A stretch of DNA of 64,000 nt from Nemertoderma westbladi (lineage: Eukaryota; Animalia; Xenacoelomorpha): NCBI GenBank assembly GCA_032718475.1, contig JAUCBJ010003147.1:3627-67626 (forward strand), given 5' to 3'. The notes below the pieces were generated by a model. That model did not search any database. It had not been told where the DNA came from and worked only from the letters and a program-made list of their open reading frames with translations. Shown here one piece after another: positions 38,477 through 53,999 of this stretch; positions within the stretch are counted from its first letter, which is position 1, and every line of letters starts with the position of its first letter. Made by a program: the position numbers and the translations under genes.

Positions 38477-39119
38477 GGCACTAGTAAAGGAAAAGAATCC
38501 ATAAATTATTTTTTCTAATATAAATTTTATTGTGAATAATTCTTGATTATATATTATGATTTGATTCTTACATAAATCTTGTTACATCTTTTGAGAGACA
38601 TTACCTATTTTTTTTTAATAGAAGGTAAGTGTTTTTTAAGGTAGCTCTTTTTAAAATTATATAACCAATTTTTTCAATCTATCAATAATTTCAATCAATA
38701 ATCCAATCTAGAACATAAATTTTTCCCTCATGGTATTTTGTAAGAAGTGTTTTTTAAGGTATGTTATGTTTTTAATATTATAATAGAAAATTTTTGTGAG
38801 TATAGAATTGTTCTTACAACATAATAATAGGTACTATCTTATAGAAAAGTTAAATTACTGATATTCCTTATACTTTGTTCGAATTTAGACCTCATGAAAC
38901 ATAATTATTTTTACTAGTTCAAAATTGATTTACAATTTACATATTATAATTATATATTTTTTTAACTATCTAATAATAATTAGTAGGTAATGTCTTCTTT
39001 ATTCCAATTTAGACCTCATGTAAAGAAAATCAAAATTTTTTTTCTAATGTACCTGTAATAATTATAATATAAAGCAACAAAAACACTTTATTTTTGGTCC
39101 GTTTTCCTCTACTAGTGCC
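38477..39119. mobile_element. Old AT-rich MITE-like element, copy 2 (carried by segmental duplication)
   Basis: Same termini and same flanks as 36901-37529. Confidence 0.6.
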
Positions 39120-42044
39120 AAATATAGGTGAGGTTCGGTATGGCTAAAGGGGAGTTGGGAGGCCATATATTATAATATATTTTTTATAGTACCCTTAATA
39201 TACCTTCTTTATCATCATGAATCATAACTGCTTCATTATTTATACCATACTACATCATAAATAATAAGTTCTCCATTATTTTACTTCATGCTTTTGCATA
39301 GAAAAAAATAAGGTAGTAGTACTTTATAAACTTCTATATTTTTTTCTTGATCTGAAAGCTTTTAATTTTTTGGTAAGCTTGCATCATCATCAATTATTAC
39401 CAACACCTGCTATATTATCCATCACCAATCATATGCACCATCATTACCAATCTGATAAGTAATCCTATATCATAAATAATAAGTTCTGCATTATCATCAA
39501 TCATAAGTGATCCAGTTTTCTATCATCAATTATCAAAACTATATTATATAATTATGATTATTATTCTTGATTCTTGATTTTTATTATTTATTTTTATTAT
39601 TATTATTCTTATTTTTTTTTAATACTTCATTTAATATTTAGCATTTAATAATATTTATATTATAGGAATTAAGCAGTCTTTGTATACAATTTAGTATGGG
39701 TCAATTAGTATAGTGCTTTTTATATTTTATTCAAATCCTCTATAAAATAGTACATTATTTTTTTATATTTATTTAGATAATTTTATTTCTAATTCATTTA
39801 TAATTTAATCGTAATTATGATAGTATTTATATTTATGTAAGTGTATCATATAACTATATAGTATATTATAGGAACTTCTACTCATACTTCTATTTACTAG
39901 TATATATGCTCGACTATATAAAATTGTTTTACTATTATATAACAGTAGAAAATACTACAAACATTAGAAAATAAATAATATACAAAAACTAATTAAAATT
40001 TATATTCAACACTATTCTATAAAAAATACATATGCAATACAAATTTACTATTAGTGATAGTAAGGGAATAGTTTATAGGATATTTTCAAGACTAAGAACA
40101 ACTTAATAGTAATAATTTAATTTTAACTTATATATTTTTCCTTTAATTCAGATGTTTATACAAAAGTTATTGTTAAGGATAAGATGTCATGATATTATTA
40201 CTATCCATTATTGAATTACAAATGAATATAAAATGAGCTTATACAGATCATACATATCTTAAGTCAGCTATTTATAGATAAAGATATTAGTTTACTTCAT
40301 AATATTTACAAATATCAATGATGAAGCAAGTATAAAGATCACATCATAATCATACTCATCAGGAATGGCAATGAAAGAGTAATCAACAATTAAGATTAAA
40401 TATAATCAACTTCTATCACATGAAGCAAGTTATAAAGATCACATACTGGTAATCAAAGTGTAACCCTTTTTTTATCTTTTTTTTTTGATCCAGTTCCCTA
40501 TCATCAATTATTAATACTTTTATATAATTATAATTATTCTTTTAATAATTTATTTATTATTATTATTATTATCCAGAATATTTACAAACTCCATATTGTA
40601 CAGTAGACCAAAAATATAATGAGATATTAATCTTCTTTGTATTGAGTAAATTTATATGAGAATAAATTCATGAACCACTTTTATCTAATTATGAAACGTT
40701 ATAGGAAAAATACAATATTGTAGACCAACAATATATGTAATTCTACAATAAAAGGATAATTATACACAGCATAGTAAGAGTAAAATACATTTAATAAAGT
40801 AGATATTATATACTGTATGTTAAATCAAGTCACCAGTAAATTATAGTTTTGCATTATATGAATTCGTAGTATCACTGCTGTTTGCTGTTGTTATGCTTGT
40901 ATTTTAAGTAATTTGGTATGGGTCTTTAGCATTTTTTTATGGTCCAATCAATATAGTATTTTTATTTAAAAGAGTACTATTTGAATTATAAGATTCCTTA
41001 TCAATGCCCAGATAATTTTTATATATTTTATTATTTATATTCAAGTTGTAAGCTAATTTTATTTAAAAAATATTATACTTATACTTAATTTATTATTAAT
41101 TTATTATTATAGTATATATATATTTCTAAAAAAATTATATATTATAGGAACCTGTACTCATACCCCTACTTATAGTATATATGCTAGGGGCTATGTATAA
41201 TTATTAAATATTTTAAACTAGGAATAATATAACACTAAATTATATTGTAGTTCAATATATATTTTTTTTCTTTTATTCAGATTATATTCTAATGATATTT
41301 ATTAATGGGGATTTGTAATGATTTAACACCCTCGATATGATTGTCTACAATGTTTAGCAACTATGTAAAGATTTTGTATATTCTTCAATAACAATAAGGA
41401 TAAAACCACTCTTGATAGATATTCATCAATAATGCAAGCAATATATATAACAAAAAATTTGATATGCATTTGAAATATAATTTCAAAATTAAATAATGGT
41501 CCTTGCATTCCTAATATATGGTCGTGCCATCTGGGATGTAGTATGGCTCCGTTGGAAAAGTAAGAAATTTTATTTCATTTATTGTTTTGGTTCTATGTAA
41601 TATATTTTTATTTTTTTGTCATCTTTGTATTTCTAGCATCATTAAGAATTAGATATATATGGCAGTGCAAGCGAAAAGGTTACCTTAAGGTTAAAATGTT
41701 GTTTTGATAAAATTGCACTTTAAGAAAGCGTCTCATCTGGAGTGTATTGTTGTATCGTTGCAAAGTAAGAAATTTTGCTTTATTTATTGTTTTGGTTCTA
41801 TCTAAAGGTTAAAATGTTATTTATTGTTTTGGTTCGATCTAAAGGTTAAAATGTTGTTTTGATGAAATTGCACTTTAAGAAAATTTAATTTAAAAGAAAT
41901 TTAAAAATGTTAAATTTCTTTATTTTTTTGTTATATATGTCCAATATAATATAATAATATAATATAATATGTGTTTGAGATAGTCCACTTTGAAGGAATT
42001 TAAATTTTTATTTAAAAATATTCAATTTCGTTATTTTTTCTCGT

Positions 42045-43905
42045 AGTTTTCTATTAGGAATCCAAATCTGGTTCTGGCATGTTAATGGTAAATTAGGTTT
42101 TAAAATAATGCACCTTGAAGGAAGAGTAGTTGTAAGTTATGAAATTTAAATCTATAATGGTAAAAAATAATAATTTATAAATAAAATATATAATAAATCT
42201 CGAAAATATAATAATTAGCTTAGTTGTTCAGGTGCTGGTCGAAGTTTCAAACTAGATAAATGTTTTCTATTGGGAATCCAAATCTGTTAATGGCGTATCA
42301 ATAGCTAAATTAGTTTTTGAGATAATCCACTTTGAAGGAAGAGTATTCAAAATTTATGAGATTTAAATCTATAGTAGTAAAAGTAATAAAATAAATAATA
42401 ATTTAAGTAATAAATGTATAATCTATATTAGTTAGCTTAATTGTTTACATGCTGCTTGAAGTCCCAATTTAGATGTCCAGCATGCTTAGTTATTCATATT
42501 CTGCTTGAAGTCCCAAACTAGATAACCAGTTAGCTTAGTTATCCATGTGCTGCTTGAAGTCCCAAACAAGATAACCATTTAGATTAGTTGTTAACATGCT
42601 GCTCTAAGTCTCAGACTAGATACCCATAGCTTAGTATATCATGTTGAAATATTGCACCTTGAAGGAAGAGTAGTTGAAAGTTATGAAATTTAAATCTATA
42701 ATGGTAAAAAATAATAATTTATAAATAAAATATATAATAAATCTCGAAAATATAATAATTAGCTTAGTTGTTCAGGTGCTGCTCGAAGTTTCAAACAAGA
42801 TAAATGTAGTTTTCTATTGGGAAACCAAATCTGTTAATGGTGTATCAATAGCCAAATTAGTTTTTGAGATAATCCACTTTGGAGGAAGAGTAATCAAAAT
42901 TTATGAGATTTAAATTTATAGTAGTAAAAGTAATAAAATAAATAATAATTTAAGTAATAAATCTATAATCTATATTAGTTAGCTTAATTGTTTACATGCT
43001 GCTTGAAGTCCCAATTTAGATGTCCAGCTTGCTTAGTTATTCATATTCTGCTTGAAGTCCCAAACTAGATAACCAGTTAGCTTAGTTATCCATGTGCTGC
43101 TTGAAGTCCCAAACAAGATAACCCTTTAGATTAGTTGTTAACATGCTGCTCTTATGTCTCAGACTAGATACCCATAGCTTAGTTTATCATGTTGAAATAA
43201 TGTACCTTGAAGGAAGAGTAGTTGAAAGTTATGAAATTTAAATCTATAATAGTAAAAAATAATAATTTATAAATAAAATATATAATAATCCTCGAAAATA
43301 TAATAATTAGCTTAGTTGTTCAGGTGCTGCTCGAAGTTTCAAACTAGATAAATGTAGTTTTCTATTGGGAATCCAAATCTGTTAATGTCGTATTAGTAGC
43401 TAAATTAGTTTTTGACATAATCGTCTTTGAAGGAAGAGTAATCAAAATTTATGAGATTTAAATCTATAGTAGTAAAAGTAATAAAATAAATAATAATTTA
43501 AGTAATAAATCTATAATCTATATTAGTTAGCTTAATTGTTTACATGCTGCTTCAAGTCCCAATTTAGATGTCCAGCTTGCTTAGTGATTCATATTCTGCG
43601 TGAAGTGCCAAACTAGATAACCAGTTAGCTTAGTATTAGTAGCTAAATTAGTTTTTGACATAATCGTCTTTGAAGGAAGAGTAATCAAAATTTATGAGAT
43701 TTAAATCTATAGTAGTAAAAGTAATAAAATAAATAATAATTTAAGTAATAAATCTATAATCTATATTAGTTAGCTTAATTGTTTACATGCTGCTTGAAGT
43801 CCCAATTTAGATGTCCAGCTTGCTTAGTGATTCATATTCTGCGTGAAGTGCCAAACTAGATAACCAGTTAGCTTAGTTATCCATGTGCTGCTTGAAGTCC
43901 CAAAC
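42045..43905. repeat. ~545-bp tandem repeat (~3.5 units) with ~40-bp internal subrepeats
   Basis: CCTTGAAGGAAGAGTAGTTG at ~42113, 42657 and 43205; subrepeat GCTGCTTGAAGTCCCAAACTAGATAACCAGTTAGCTTAG. The unit resumes at 46270. Confidence 0.92.
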
Positions 43906-46057
43906 CTAGTAACAATAACCTTATAGAACACGTCATCCCTCACTAACGTAGTAACAATAAACTTATAAAACACGTAATCCCTCACTAACTTAGTAAGAAT
44001 AAACTTATAGAACACGTCATCCCTCACTAACGTAGTAACAATAAACTTATAGAACACGTCATCCCTCACTAACGTAGTAACAATAACCTTATAGAACACG
44101 TCATCCCTCACTAACGTAGTAACAATAACCTTATAGAACACGTCATCCCTCACTAACATAGTAACAATAAACTTCTAGAACATGTCATCCCTCACTAACG
44201 TAGTAACAATAAACTTATAGAACACGTCATCCCTCACTAACATAGTAACAATAACCTTATAGAACACGTCATCTCTCACTAACGTAGTAATAATAAACTT
44301 ATAGAACACATCATCCCTCACTAACGTAGTAACAATAAAATTCTAGAACACGTCATCCCTCACTAATGTAGTAACAATAAACTTATAGAACACGTCATCC
44401 CTCACTAACATAGTAACAATAAACTTATAGAACATGTCATCCCTCACTAATGTAGTAACAATAAACTTCTAGAACACGTCATCCCTCACTAACGTAGTAA
44501 CAATAAACTTATAGAACACGTCATCCCTTACTAACACAGTAACAATAAACTTATAGAACATGTCATCCCTCACTAACGTAGTATAGAACATGTCATCCCT
44601 CACTAACGTAGTAACAATAGAACACGTCATCCCTCACTAACGTAGTAACAATAAACTTATAGAACACGTCATCCCTCACTAATGTAGTAACAATAAACTT
44701 ATAGAACACGTCATCCCTCACTAACGTAGTAACAATAAACTTATAGAACACGTCATCACTCACTAACGTAGTAACAATAACCTTATAGAACACGTCATCC
44801 CTCACTAACGTAGTAACAATAACCATATAGAACAAGTCATCCCTCACTAACGTAGTAACAATAAACTTCTAGAACATCCCTCACTTACATAGTAACAATA
44901 AACTTATAGAACACGTCATCCCTCACTAACGTAGTAACAATAACCTTATAGAACACGTCATCCCTCACTAACGTAGTAACAATAACCTTAAAGAACACGT
45001 CATCCGTCATTAACGTAGTAACAATAAACTTATAGAACACGTCATCCCTCACTAACGTAGTATCAATAAACTTATAGAACACGTCATCCCTCACTAACGT
45101 AGTAACAATAACCTTATAGAACACGTCATCCCTCACTAACGTAGTAACAATAAACTTCTAGGACACGTCATCCCTCACTAACGTAGTAACAATAAACTTA
45201 TAGAACACGTCACCCTAACTAACGTAGTAACAATAAACTTATAGAACATGTCATCCCTCACTAACATAGTAACAATAACCTTATAGAACACGTCATCCCT
45301 CACTAACATAGTAACAATAACCTTATAGAACACGTCATCCCTCACTAACGTAGTAACAATAACCTTATAGAACACGTCATCGCTCACTAACGTAGTAACA
45401 ATAAACTTATAGAACACGTCATCCCTAACTAACGTAGTAACAATAAACTTATAGAAGACGTCATCCCTCACTAACGTAGTAACAATAACCTTATAGAACA
45501 CGTCATTGCTCACTAACGTAGTAACAATAAATTTCTAGAACACGTCATCCATCACTAATGTAGTAACAATAACCTTATAGAACACGTCATCCCTCACTAA
45601 CGTAGTAACAATAAACTTAGAGAACACGTCATCCCTCACTAACGTAGTAACAATAAACTTGTAGAACACGTCATCCTTCACTAACGTAGTAACAATAAAC
45701 TTCTAGAACACGGCATCCCTTACTAACGTAGTAACAATACAACACGTCATCCCTCACTAACGTAGTAACAATAAATTTATAGAACACATCATCCCTCACT
45801 AACTTAGTAACAATAAACTTATAGAACGCGTCATCCCTCACATAGAACACGTCATCCCTAGCTAACGTAGTAACAATAAACTTATAGAACACGTCATCCC
45901 TCACTAACGTAGTAACAATAACCTTATAGAACACGTCATCCCTCACTAACGTAGTAACAATAAACTTATATAACATGTAATCCCTCACTAACTTAGTAAC
46001 AATAAACTTATGGAACATGTAATCCCTCACTAACTTAGTAACACTAAACTTATAGAA
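43906..46057. repeat. 42-bp minisatellite (~50 units)
   Basis: AGAACACGTCATCCCTCACTAACGTAGTAACAATAAACTTAT in tandem. Confidence 0.97.
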
Positions 46058-46869
46058 TAGAGTATTCTCCATTGATTATAACTAGTGTATAGTTGCTATA
46101 GTAACTGCAATTAATCGCTGATGGGCAAAATGTATGATGTGTATGATATGATAAATGTGTGATGGGCAATGATGTAAATTTGTAAATATTAATTTCGGCG
46201 GAAACTTTAATTTATTAAAAATATGCCTTGAAGGCGGCGAAATGTTGGTTAATATCACTAAAAGATAGAAAGATAACCATTTAGATTAGTTGTTAACATG
46301 CTGCTCTTAAGTCTCTAGATACTAGATACTCATAGCTTAGTTTGTCATGTGCTGCTCAAAATCTTAAACTGTATTACTGTCCCACTTTATAGATTTTGAT
46401 AATAGATAGCAAATTAATCTATTCCTAATAACATCAATAAACGACGAATATTCAAAATTAACTTAACATTAAACTTTAAAGGCAATTTACTCAGAACAGG
46501 TGTATTTGACAACTAATGAAAATAACTTAGTATGTTTTTTAGCTCTAGGATGTTGGCAAATTATATTCAATATCTAACTCAAAAACCTCAGAACCAACAT
46601 TCAAACTTAACTTAACACTAAACTTTAAATGCAATTTACTCAGAACAGTATATTTGATAACTAAGACAAATAACTCTCAATCTACTCCACCAATTAGTAT
46701 ATTTTTTAGTTCATTAGAGACCTGGGATGTTGGCAAATCACATTCAATATCTAACTTAAAAACCTCTCAATATCTAACTTAAAAACCTCATTTTTACCAT
46801 AAGGTACCTTTTTGCTTGTACAAAAACCTCATTTTTACCATAAGGTACCTTTTTGCTTGTACTGCCACA

Positions 46870-47095
46870 TATCGTTGTCTTCTTAGTCGTCGTCTTCTTA
46901 GTTGTTGTCTTCTTCGTCATCGTCTTCTTTGTCGTCATCTTCTTCGTCATCGTCGTCTTCTTCATCGTCGTCTTCTTCTTCGTCGTCATTGTCTTCTTCT
47001 TCGGTGTCGTTCGTTATCCTTTTCTTTGTTGTCTTCGTTGTCTTCGTTTTTATTGTCTTCGTCGTCTTCTTCTTTTTTGTCTCCTTCGTCTTCTT
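46870..47095. repeat. Degenerate (TCT/TCG)n trinucleotide microsatellite
   Basis: TCTTCTTCGTCATCGTC runs. Confidence 0.9.
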
Positions 47096-47099
47096 TTTT

Positions 47100-50000
47100 T
47101 TATCAACACTATTAATTATCAACATCATCAACAATACAGTTTAATAATGAATACTCATCAACAATTACGTTTATTCAGGTTTAATCATCAAAGAATCAGG
47201 ATTAATTGTCAAACTATCAGGTTTAAATATCAACAATCAACTTTAATTATCAATATCAACAATCAAATTTAATTATCAAAAGTTCATCAACAAACAAGGA
47301 TAAATTATCAAAAAACATCAATCAAGTTTATTCAGTTTTAATCTTCATAGGTTTAATCAACAATAATCAACTTTAATAATTAAATTTAATTATCAAAAAA
47401 CATCAACACAGTTTTATGATCTCAACATTCAAAACATCAACAATGCAGTTTAATAATAATCAGAATCAACTTTCATCAACATTCAGGTTTATTCAGATTT
47501 AATCTTCAAAAATTATGATTAATCGTCAATCAGGTTTAATCATCAACAATCAACTTTAATTATCAACATCAATAATCAAATTTCATTATCAAAAAACATC
47601 AACACAGTTTTATGATCTCAACACTCATCAATACATCTTCTTCATCGTCTTCTTTTTCTATTAACCGTTTCAATTATCAACATCAAGTTTATTATGGCTT
47701 AATCTTCAAAGAATCAGGATTAATCATCAAAAAATCAGGTTTAATTATCAATAATCAACTTTAATTTTCAACATCAACAATCAAATTTAATTATCAAAAA
47801 ACATCAACACAGTTTTATGATCTCAACACTCATCAAATCAGTTTTGTTCATCAACAAACAAGGATTAATTATCAAAAAACATCAACAATACCGTTTAATA
47901 ATCTTATCAACAATCAGAATCAACTCTCATCAACAATCAGGTTTATTCAGATTTAATCTTCAAAGAATCAGGATTAATCATCAAGGAATCAGGATTAATC
48001 ATCAACAATCAACTTGAATTATCAACATCAATAATCAAATTTAATTATCAAAAAACATTAACATAGTTTTATGATCTCAACACTCATCAACACATCTTCT
48101 TCATTGTCTTCTTTTTCTATCAACAGTTTCAATTATCAACATCAAGTTTATTAAGGTTTAATCTTCAAAGAATCAGGATTAATCATCAAAAAATCAAGTT
48201 TAATCATCAATAATCAACTTTAATTTTCAACATCAACAATCAAATTTAATTATCAGAAAACATCAACACAGTTTTATGATTTCAACACTATCGAATCAGT
48301 TTTGTTTATCAACAAACAAGGATTAATTATCAAAAAATATCAACAATACCGTTTAAAACATTCAGAATCAACTCTCATCAACAATCAGTTTTATTCAGAT
48401 TTAATCTTCAAAGAATCAGGATTAATCATCAAAGAATCAGGATTAATCATCAACAATCAACTTGAATTATCAACAATCAACTTGAATTATCAACATCAAT
48501 AATCAAATTTAATTATCAAAAAACATTAACAGTTTTATGATCTCAACACTCATCAACACATCTTCTTCATCATCTACTTTTTCTATCAACAGTTTCAATT
48601 ATCAACATCAAGTTTATTAAGGTTTAATCTTCAAAGAATCAGGATTAATCATCAAAAAATCAAGTTTAATCATCAATAATCAACTTTAATTTTCAACATC
48701 AACAATCAAATTTAATTATCAGAAAACATCAACACAGTTTTATGATTTTAACACTCATCAAATCAATTTGGTTTTTCAACAAACAAGGATTAATTATCAA
48801 AAAATATCAACAATACCATTTAATAATCTTATCAACAATCAGAATCAACTCTTATCAACAATCAGGTTTATTCAGATTTAATCTTCAAAGAATCAGGATT
48901 AATCATCAAAGAATCAGCATTAATCATCAATAATCAACTTTAATTATCGACATCAACAATCAAATTTAATTATCAAAAAACATCAATACAGTTTTATGAT
49001 CTCAACACTCATCAAATCAGTTTTGTTATCAACAAACAAGGATTAATTATCAAAAAACATCCGTTTAATAATCATATCAACAATCAGAATCAACTCTCAT
49101 CAATAATCAGGTTTATTCAGTTTTAATCTTCAAAGAATCAGGATTAATCATCAAAGAATCAGGATTAATCATCAATAATCAAATTTAATTATCAACATCA
49201 ACAATCAATTCAATTATCAAAAAACATAAACACAGCTTTACAAACTCAATACCAATCAACAATCAGTTTTGTTCATCAGCAAACATGGATTAATTATCAA
49301 AAAACATCAACAATACAGTTTAATATTCAATACTAATCCGGTTTATTCATCAGAAGTTGAATCATCAAAGAATCATCAGGCTATCAACAATCAACCTTAA
49401 TTGTCAATATCAACTATAGAGTTTAATAATCAATACTCCTTAACAATGAGGTTTATTCAGCTTTAATCATCAAAGAATCACGATTAATCGTCATACAATC
49501 AGGTTTAATCATCAACAATAACTTTAATTATCAACATCAACAATCAAATTTAATTATCAAAAAACATCACAAACAATATAGTTTAATAATCAATATTCAT
49601 CAACAATCAGGTTTATTTATCAGAAGTTGAATCGTCAAAGAATCAGTCTTAATCGTAAAGAATAAGTTTTATTCATCAATAATCAACTCTAATTATCAAC
49701 ATCAATTATAGAGTTTAATAATCAATACTCATCAACATTCAGGTTTATTCAGCTTTAGTCATCAAAGAATCAGGATTAATCAATCGTCAAACAATCAGGT
49801 TTAATCATCAAAGAATCAGGATTAATCATCAAACACAGGTTTAATCAATATTCATCAACAACCAGGTTTATTCATCAGAAGTTGAATCATCAAAGAATCA
49901 GGCTTAATCGTAAAGTATCAACATCAATTATAGAGTTTAATAATCAATACTCAACAACATTCAGGTTTATTCAGCTTTAATCATCAAAGAATCAGGATTA

Positions 50001-50208
50001 ATTGTCAAACAATCAGGTTTAATCATCAAAGAATCAGGATTAATCACCAAGCAATCAGGTTTAATCATCAACAATCAACTTTAATTATCAATATCAACAA
50101 TAAAATTTAATTATCAAAAACATTACAGTTTTATAATCTCAACACTCATCAACAATCAGTTTCATTCATCAACAATCAAGGATTAATTATCAGAAAACAT
50201 CAACAATA
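47100..50208. repeat. ATCA-rich compound repeat with ~450-470-bp higher-order units
   Basis: Recurring AAAGAATCAGGATTAATCATC and AAATTTAATTATCAAAAAACATCAACAC modules; blocks repeat at ~47620, 48070 and 48540. Confidence 0.9.
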
Positions 50209-51414
50209 TATACCAGAAATATTTTTAATATTATGAAGAAATCACTATATTGTATATAGTGGTATTACCTGTTTCCGAATACTGTTTAAACTCAATCATA
50301 ATTATTTTACATTTGTGCTTAGTTTATTTTTTATGTGATCTTTGATTCAATATGAATAATAATAAGAGATTATATGGCTTTGTTGGAGTATTACCAGCTA
50401 TGCCAAATAAATTATGACATACATTGAATATGAAAAAGTTATTAACAGTTCCCTATAGATTTACTGAACATAAAACATGTTGAACAGAAAACAGTAATCG
50501 ATAGAATTATATTATTGATTTATACTAAAAAAAATTAATCAGTCTCTGACACAATGCTGTATGCACGCTATGCAGTATGCATTAACAGTAGGCTATTTCG
50601 TAATTCTCAGTCTGTCTGTCTGTTCTGGTATTCTAGGTCAAATTCTGTAAATTTATTTCAAGTGCTTTTATTTTTATTATTATTGGTCATGTAGGTTATA
50701 ACAATTGGTGGTGGAATAATATTCGGTGCAATTATTTTTAATTAAATATAAATGTTTTTTGGTATTTTTTTGAAAGAAATTTATAATAAATGATTTATTA
50801 CATTAGAACAGTAGGCTATTTCAAAACTCTCACTCTGTAAGTTCATCAGTACTATTCTGATAGTTTAGGCCAAATTCTGTATATTTGTTATAACTGTTAT
50901 TATGTTTTTTATTATTGGTCGTCTAGGTTATAATAAATGGTGGTGCGATAATATTTGGTGCAATTATTTTGAAAATAAATTTATAATAAATGATTTATTA
51001 CCTTAGTAACCTACTGACTTATTAAGATTTAACCACAAACTAAAACTGAATAAACTGTTTTCTGTTCAGTATAATTTTGAGAGTTATTATTTGATATTCA
51101 GTGATGTAAATTTTAGATGACTGTTTATGTTCCTAATAAAACAATAGAGACTGTTTTATATTAAGTAAAGTCCAATGAAGTTTGTTTTATGTTCAGTATA
51201 TAAGTCTATATTCAGTCTTAATTTCTAGTTACTGAGTCAACCGATTTAATCTTTTAATAGCAATATTTTAGGCATTGTATACAATATCTTAATACTTATA
51301 ATCTATATTTATTAACCATATTTATGCACTAATATATTCCTCCTTTCCAGTATTATATATATATCCTTCTGAATATGATTTAGTAATCATTGTATTTTCT
51401 GGATATATTGATAA

Positions 51415-51418
<4 letters not shown>

Positions 51419-51446
<28 letters not shown>
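51419..51446. repeat. (TA)n microsatellite
   Basis: About 14 TA units. Confidence 0.9.
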
Positions 51447-51452
<6 letters not shown>

Positions 51453-53999
51453 ATGGATTCATAACTTTGATGCTTTATATCAGTAATACACAACAAGTGA
51501 TGGTAATTGTGGTGGCAATGACAAATGACAACAATTATTATACTTATAATGGTATAAAGATTCATCTTCTACTAACAACTTCTACTATAATGATCTTCAA
51601 ATTATTTATGTATACCTATGTTCTATATCAGTTATATATTACAAAGTGATGTCAATCAATATCATTAATTTAACTTGTAACAGTAAAAAGATTCATCTCC
51701 AACCATAATGAATGTATATCTCCAGTAATGATTATCAAGCGATCATCTTCAATTATTATTAAAGGTAAGTTTAAATTATATACTTGTGAATAAATTTTCA
51801 TACCCACAAATGGTATAGCAATAAAGCAGAAATATTTATATTTTGTTTGTTATTATTGTTGTTATATTGTTTAGATATAGTAAACCTTGTTAGCTAGGTA
51901 TAGTATTTGATTATATATATATATTTATAAATAATGTTCTGCTAATCTTTTAAATCTACTTATTAATATATAATTTAGAGTTTTCTTAGTAGTAGGGTCT
52001 GTTCTTTATTTATCCTAATATACCTAATTCTTACTATAGTGATCTTATAAAATAAATTTATTTCTAATTTTTATTTTGATCAATTTCTATATAGTTTGAA
52101 CCATATAATTCTTAATTAGTTCCCTTACTCAATTGTAGTTCCTGTCAAATTAAACAATATATTAAACTGGGACGTTTTTAAGGAATTAGGTATTAAAATC
52201 TAATTGAAATAATTTATGTTTATTGTAGTTCTACAAAATTTTTATTATAGTATAAAATTTTTATTGTAGTCGTACTATGAATATAGAAAAATAATATTAA
52301 TATATGGCACCTATTTACTTTAAATTATAAATATTAATTAATTTAAATGTGTAAAAGTAAATACTATTATTACGAAATTTTTATTGTAGTAATATAATAA
52401 ATATATAATAATAATGTATGGTACATATTATTAACTTTTAATTATGAGTAATAAATAAGTTAAATATTGGTTACTATGTGTTATATAGTATTTAGTTTTA
52501 ATTAGAAGTTTAAATTAATTAAATGTTTACTTTTATGCTATATTTATTTATTTTAATTATTTCTTTATATATATTATTATTATTATTTATTTAACATTCC
52601 TATGTCCTGGCCGTTTTCACGGTACTCTAATAGTATTTTTTAAATCCATAGCCTATGATATCCATGTTTTGGAATCTGGGATTGCACCTATGGCCCACGC
52701 AGGACATTTGGAAATTCTTTTTTACTGTTTTTTTTAAGAGGATACACAATTTTTTTTAAATGATTCATTTTACAGTTATGAATTTTTATGAAATATAACT
52801 TTGACAATAATATATTTGATATATTTGGAAATTATACTAATGAAACAAATGGATATACAATATCATACAAGTATACTTAAGTATATAAGTAAAATTATAT
52901 ATAGACAGACAGCTTTAAGTTTAAAGCTTTTATTTAAAATTTCTATAGTACTTTTTTAACCTGGTCTATAGAAATCCTTAAACTATTTAACAGATACAAC
53001 TTAATTCAACCATAATTTAAAGTGGTGGTCTTAACACACAGACACAGCATCAGCCAGCTATATATGAATTTAGATAATTTAAATTATTTTATACAGATAT
53101 ATCATAAATACATATACTTATATGGTCATTGACATATATTTCTAAGTCGATATGAAATAATTATAATATAATTTCAAAGCATAATGTAATTTTGTACTCT
53201 TATTTAAGTTACATTATGCTTTAGATTATGGATAAATGAAACATGGAAAACATGGATAAAATTACAATATAAAGACATTTTTATAATCAAGTAAATAGAA
53301 TGATAACTTGAAAATCTTACTTACGCAAAGAGAAACTTGAAATTAAAAAAAGTTTAACTTAAATATATAATTATTATTGAGATAAATAAACTAAAAATCA
53401 TAATTAATTAATTAATTATATTAAATTGTTTAAATGAAAAAAAAAGGGCTTACAATATTTTTCAAGAAAAATATAAATAGGATAATTTAAACTATTTTAC
53501 ATGGCAATATCTTGTATAATTGATATAATCCTAAGTATATATGAACCAATACTAACTAAATAGTATAGTATAGCATTTATATAGTCAAGTTTTAACTTAA
53601 AAAGTTAATATAGTATAGGTTTATTTTAAAAGGTGAACATGGGGATAACTACAACATAATGATGCAACTTAATCAAGTAAACAGATATAACTTAAACTCT
53701 GCATGTGTAAGGGATGAACTTAAACTTAAGTTGACATAAATATAGTGAATATTATAATGATGTATCCTCTTAATTTTTTTATATTTTTTTTTGAGTCGTG
53801 GGAACTGCGCTACTCATATCTTTATTTAATATTATGGTTATAATCAAAGCATAAATTTTTTATTATTATATATTTGCTTTGTTTACTCCAAATATTGAAA
53901 TAAATATGATAAATGAGTAATCGTCCAAAGCCGATTAAAGCAGGATGGCCACTTCCAAGTTTATCTTAAGTACATTTGAAGGTGAAATATTTACTTTAT

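Larger units (their letters stand above)
35338..39167. repeat. Degenerate local duplications carrying four copies of a purine-loop hairpin motif
   Basis: GGTGAGG..GGTATGGCT..GGGG..TGGGAGGCCATA at 35338, 35430, 37537 and 39127. AAACACCCTAAAATGCTTAGA at ~35531, 36071 and 37930. The 36.8-37.7 kb segment is repeated about 1.58 kb downstream. Confidence 0.8.

Noticed and set aside
43824-46072. Minus-strand ORFs with 14-aa repeats (LVRDDVFYKFIVTT)
   Set aside because: Direct translation of the 42-bp satellite, interrupted by frequent stops.
46774-47272. Poly-Ser, acidic or hydrophobic ORFs
   Set aside because: Trinucleotide microsatellite that is open in several frames.
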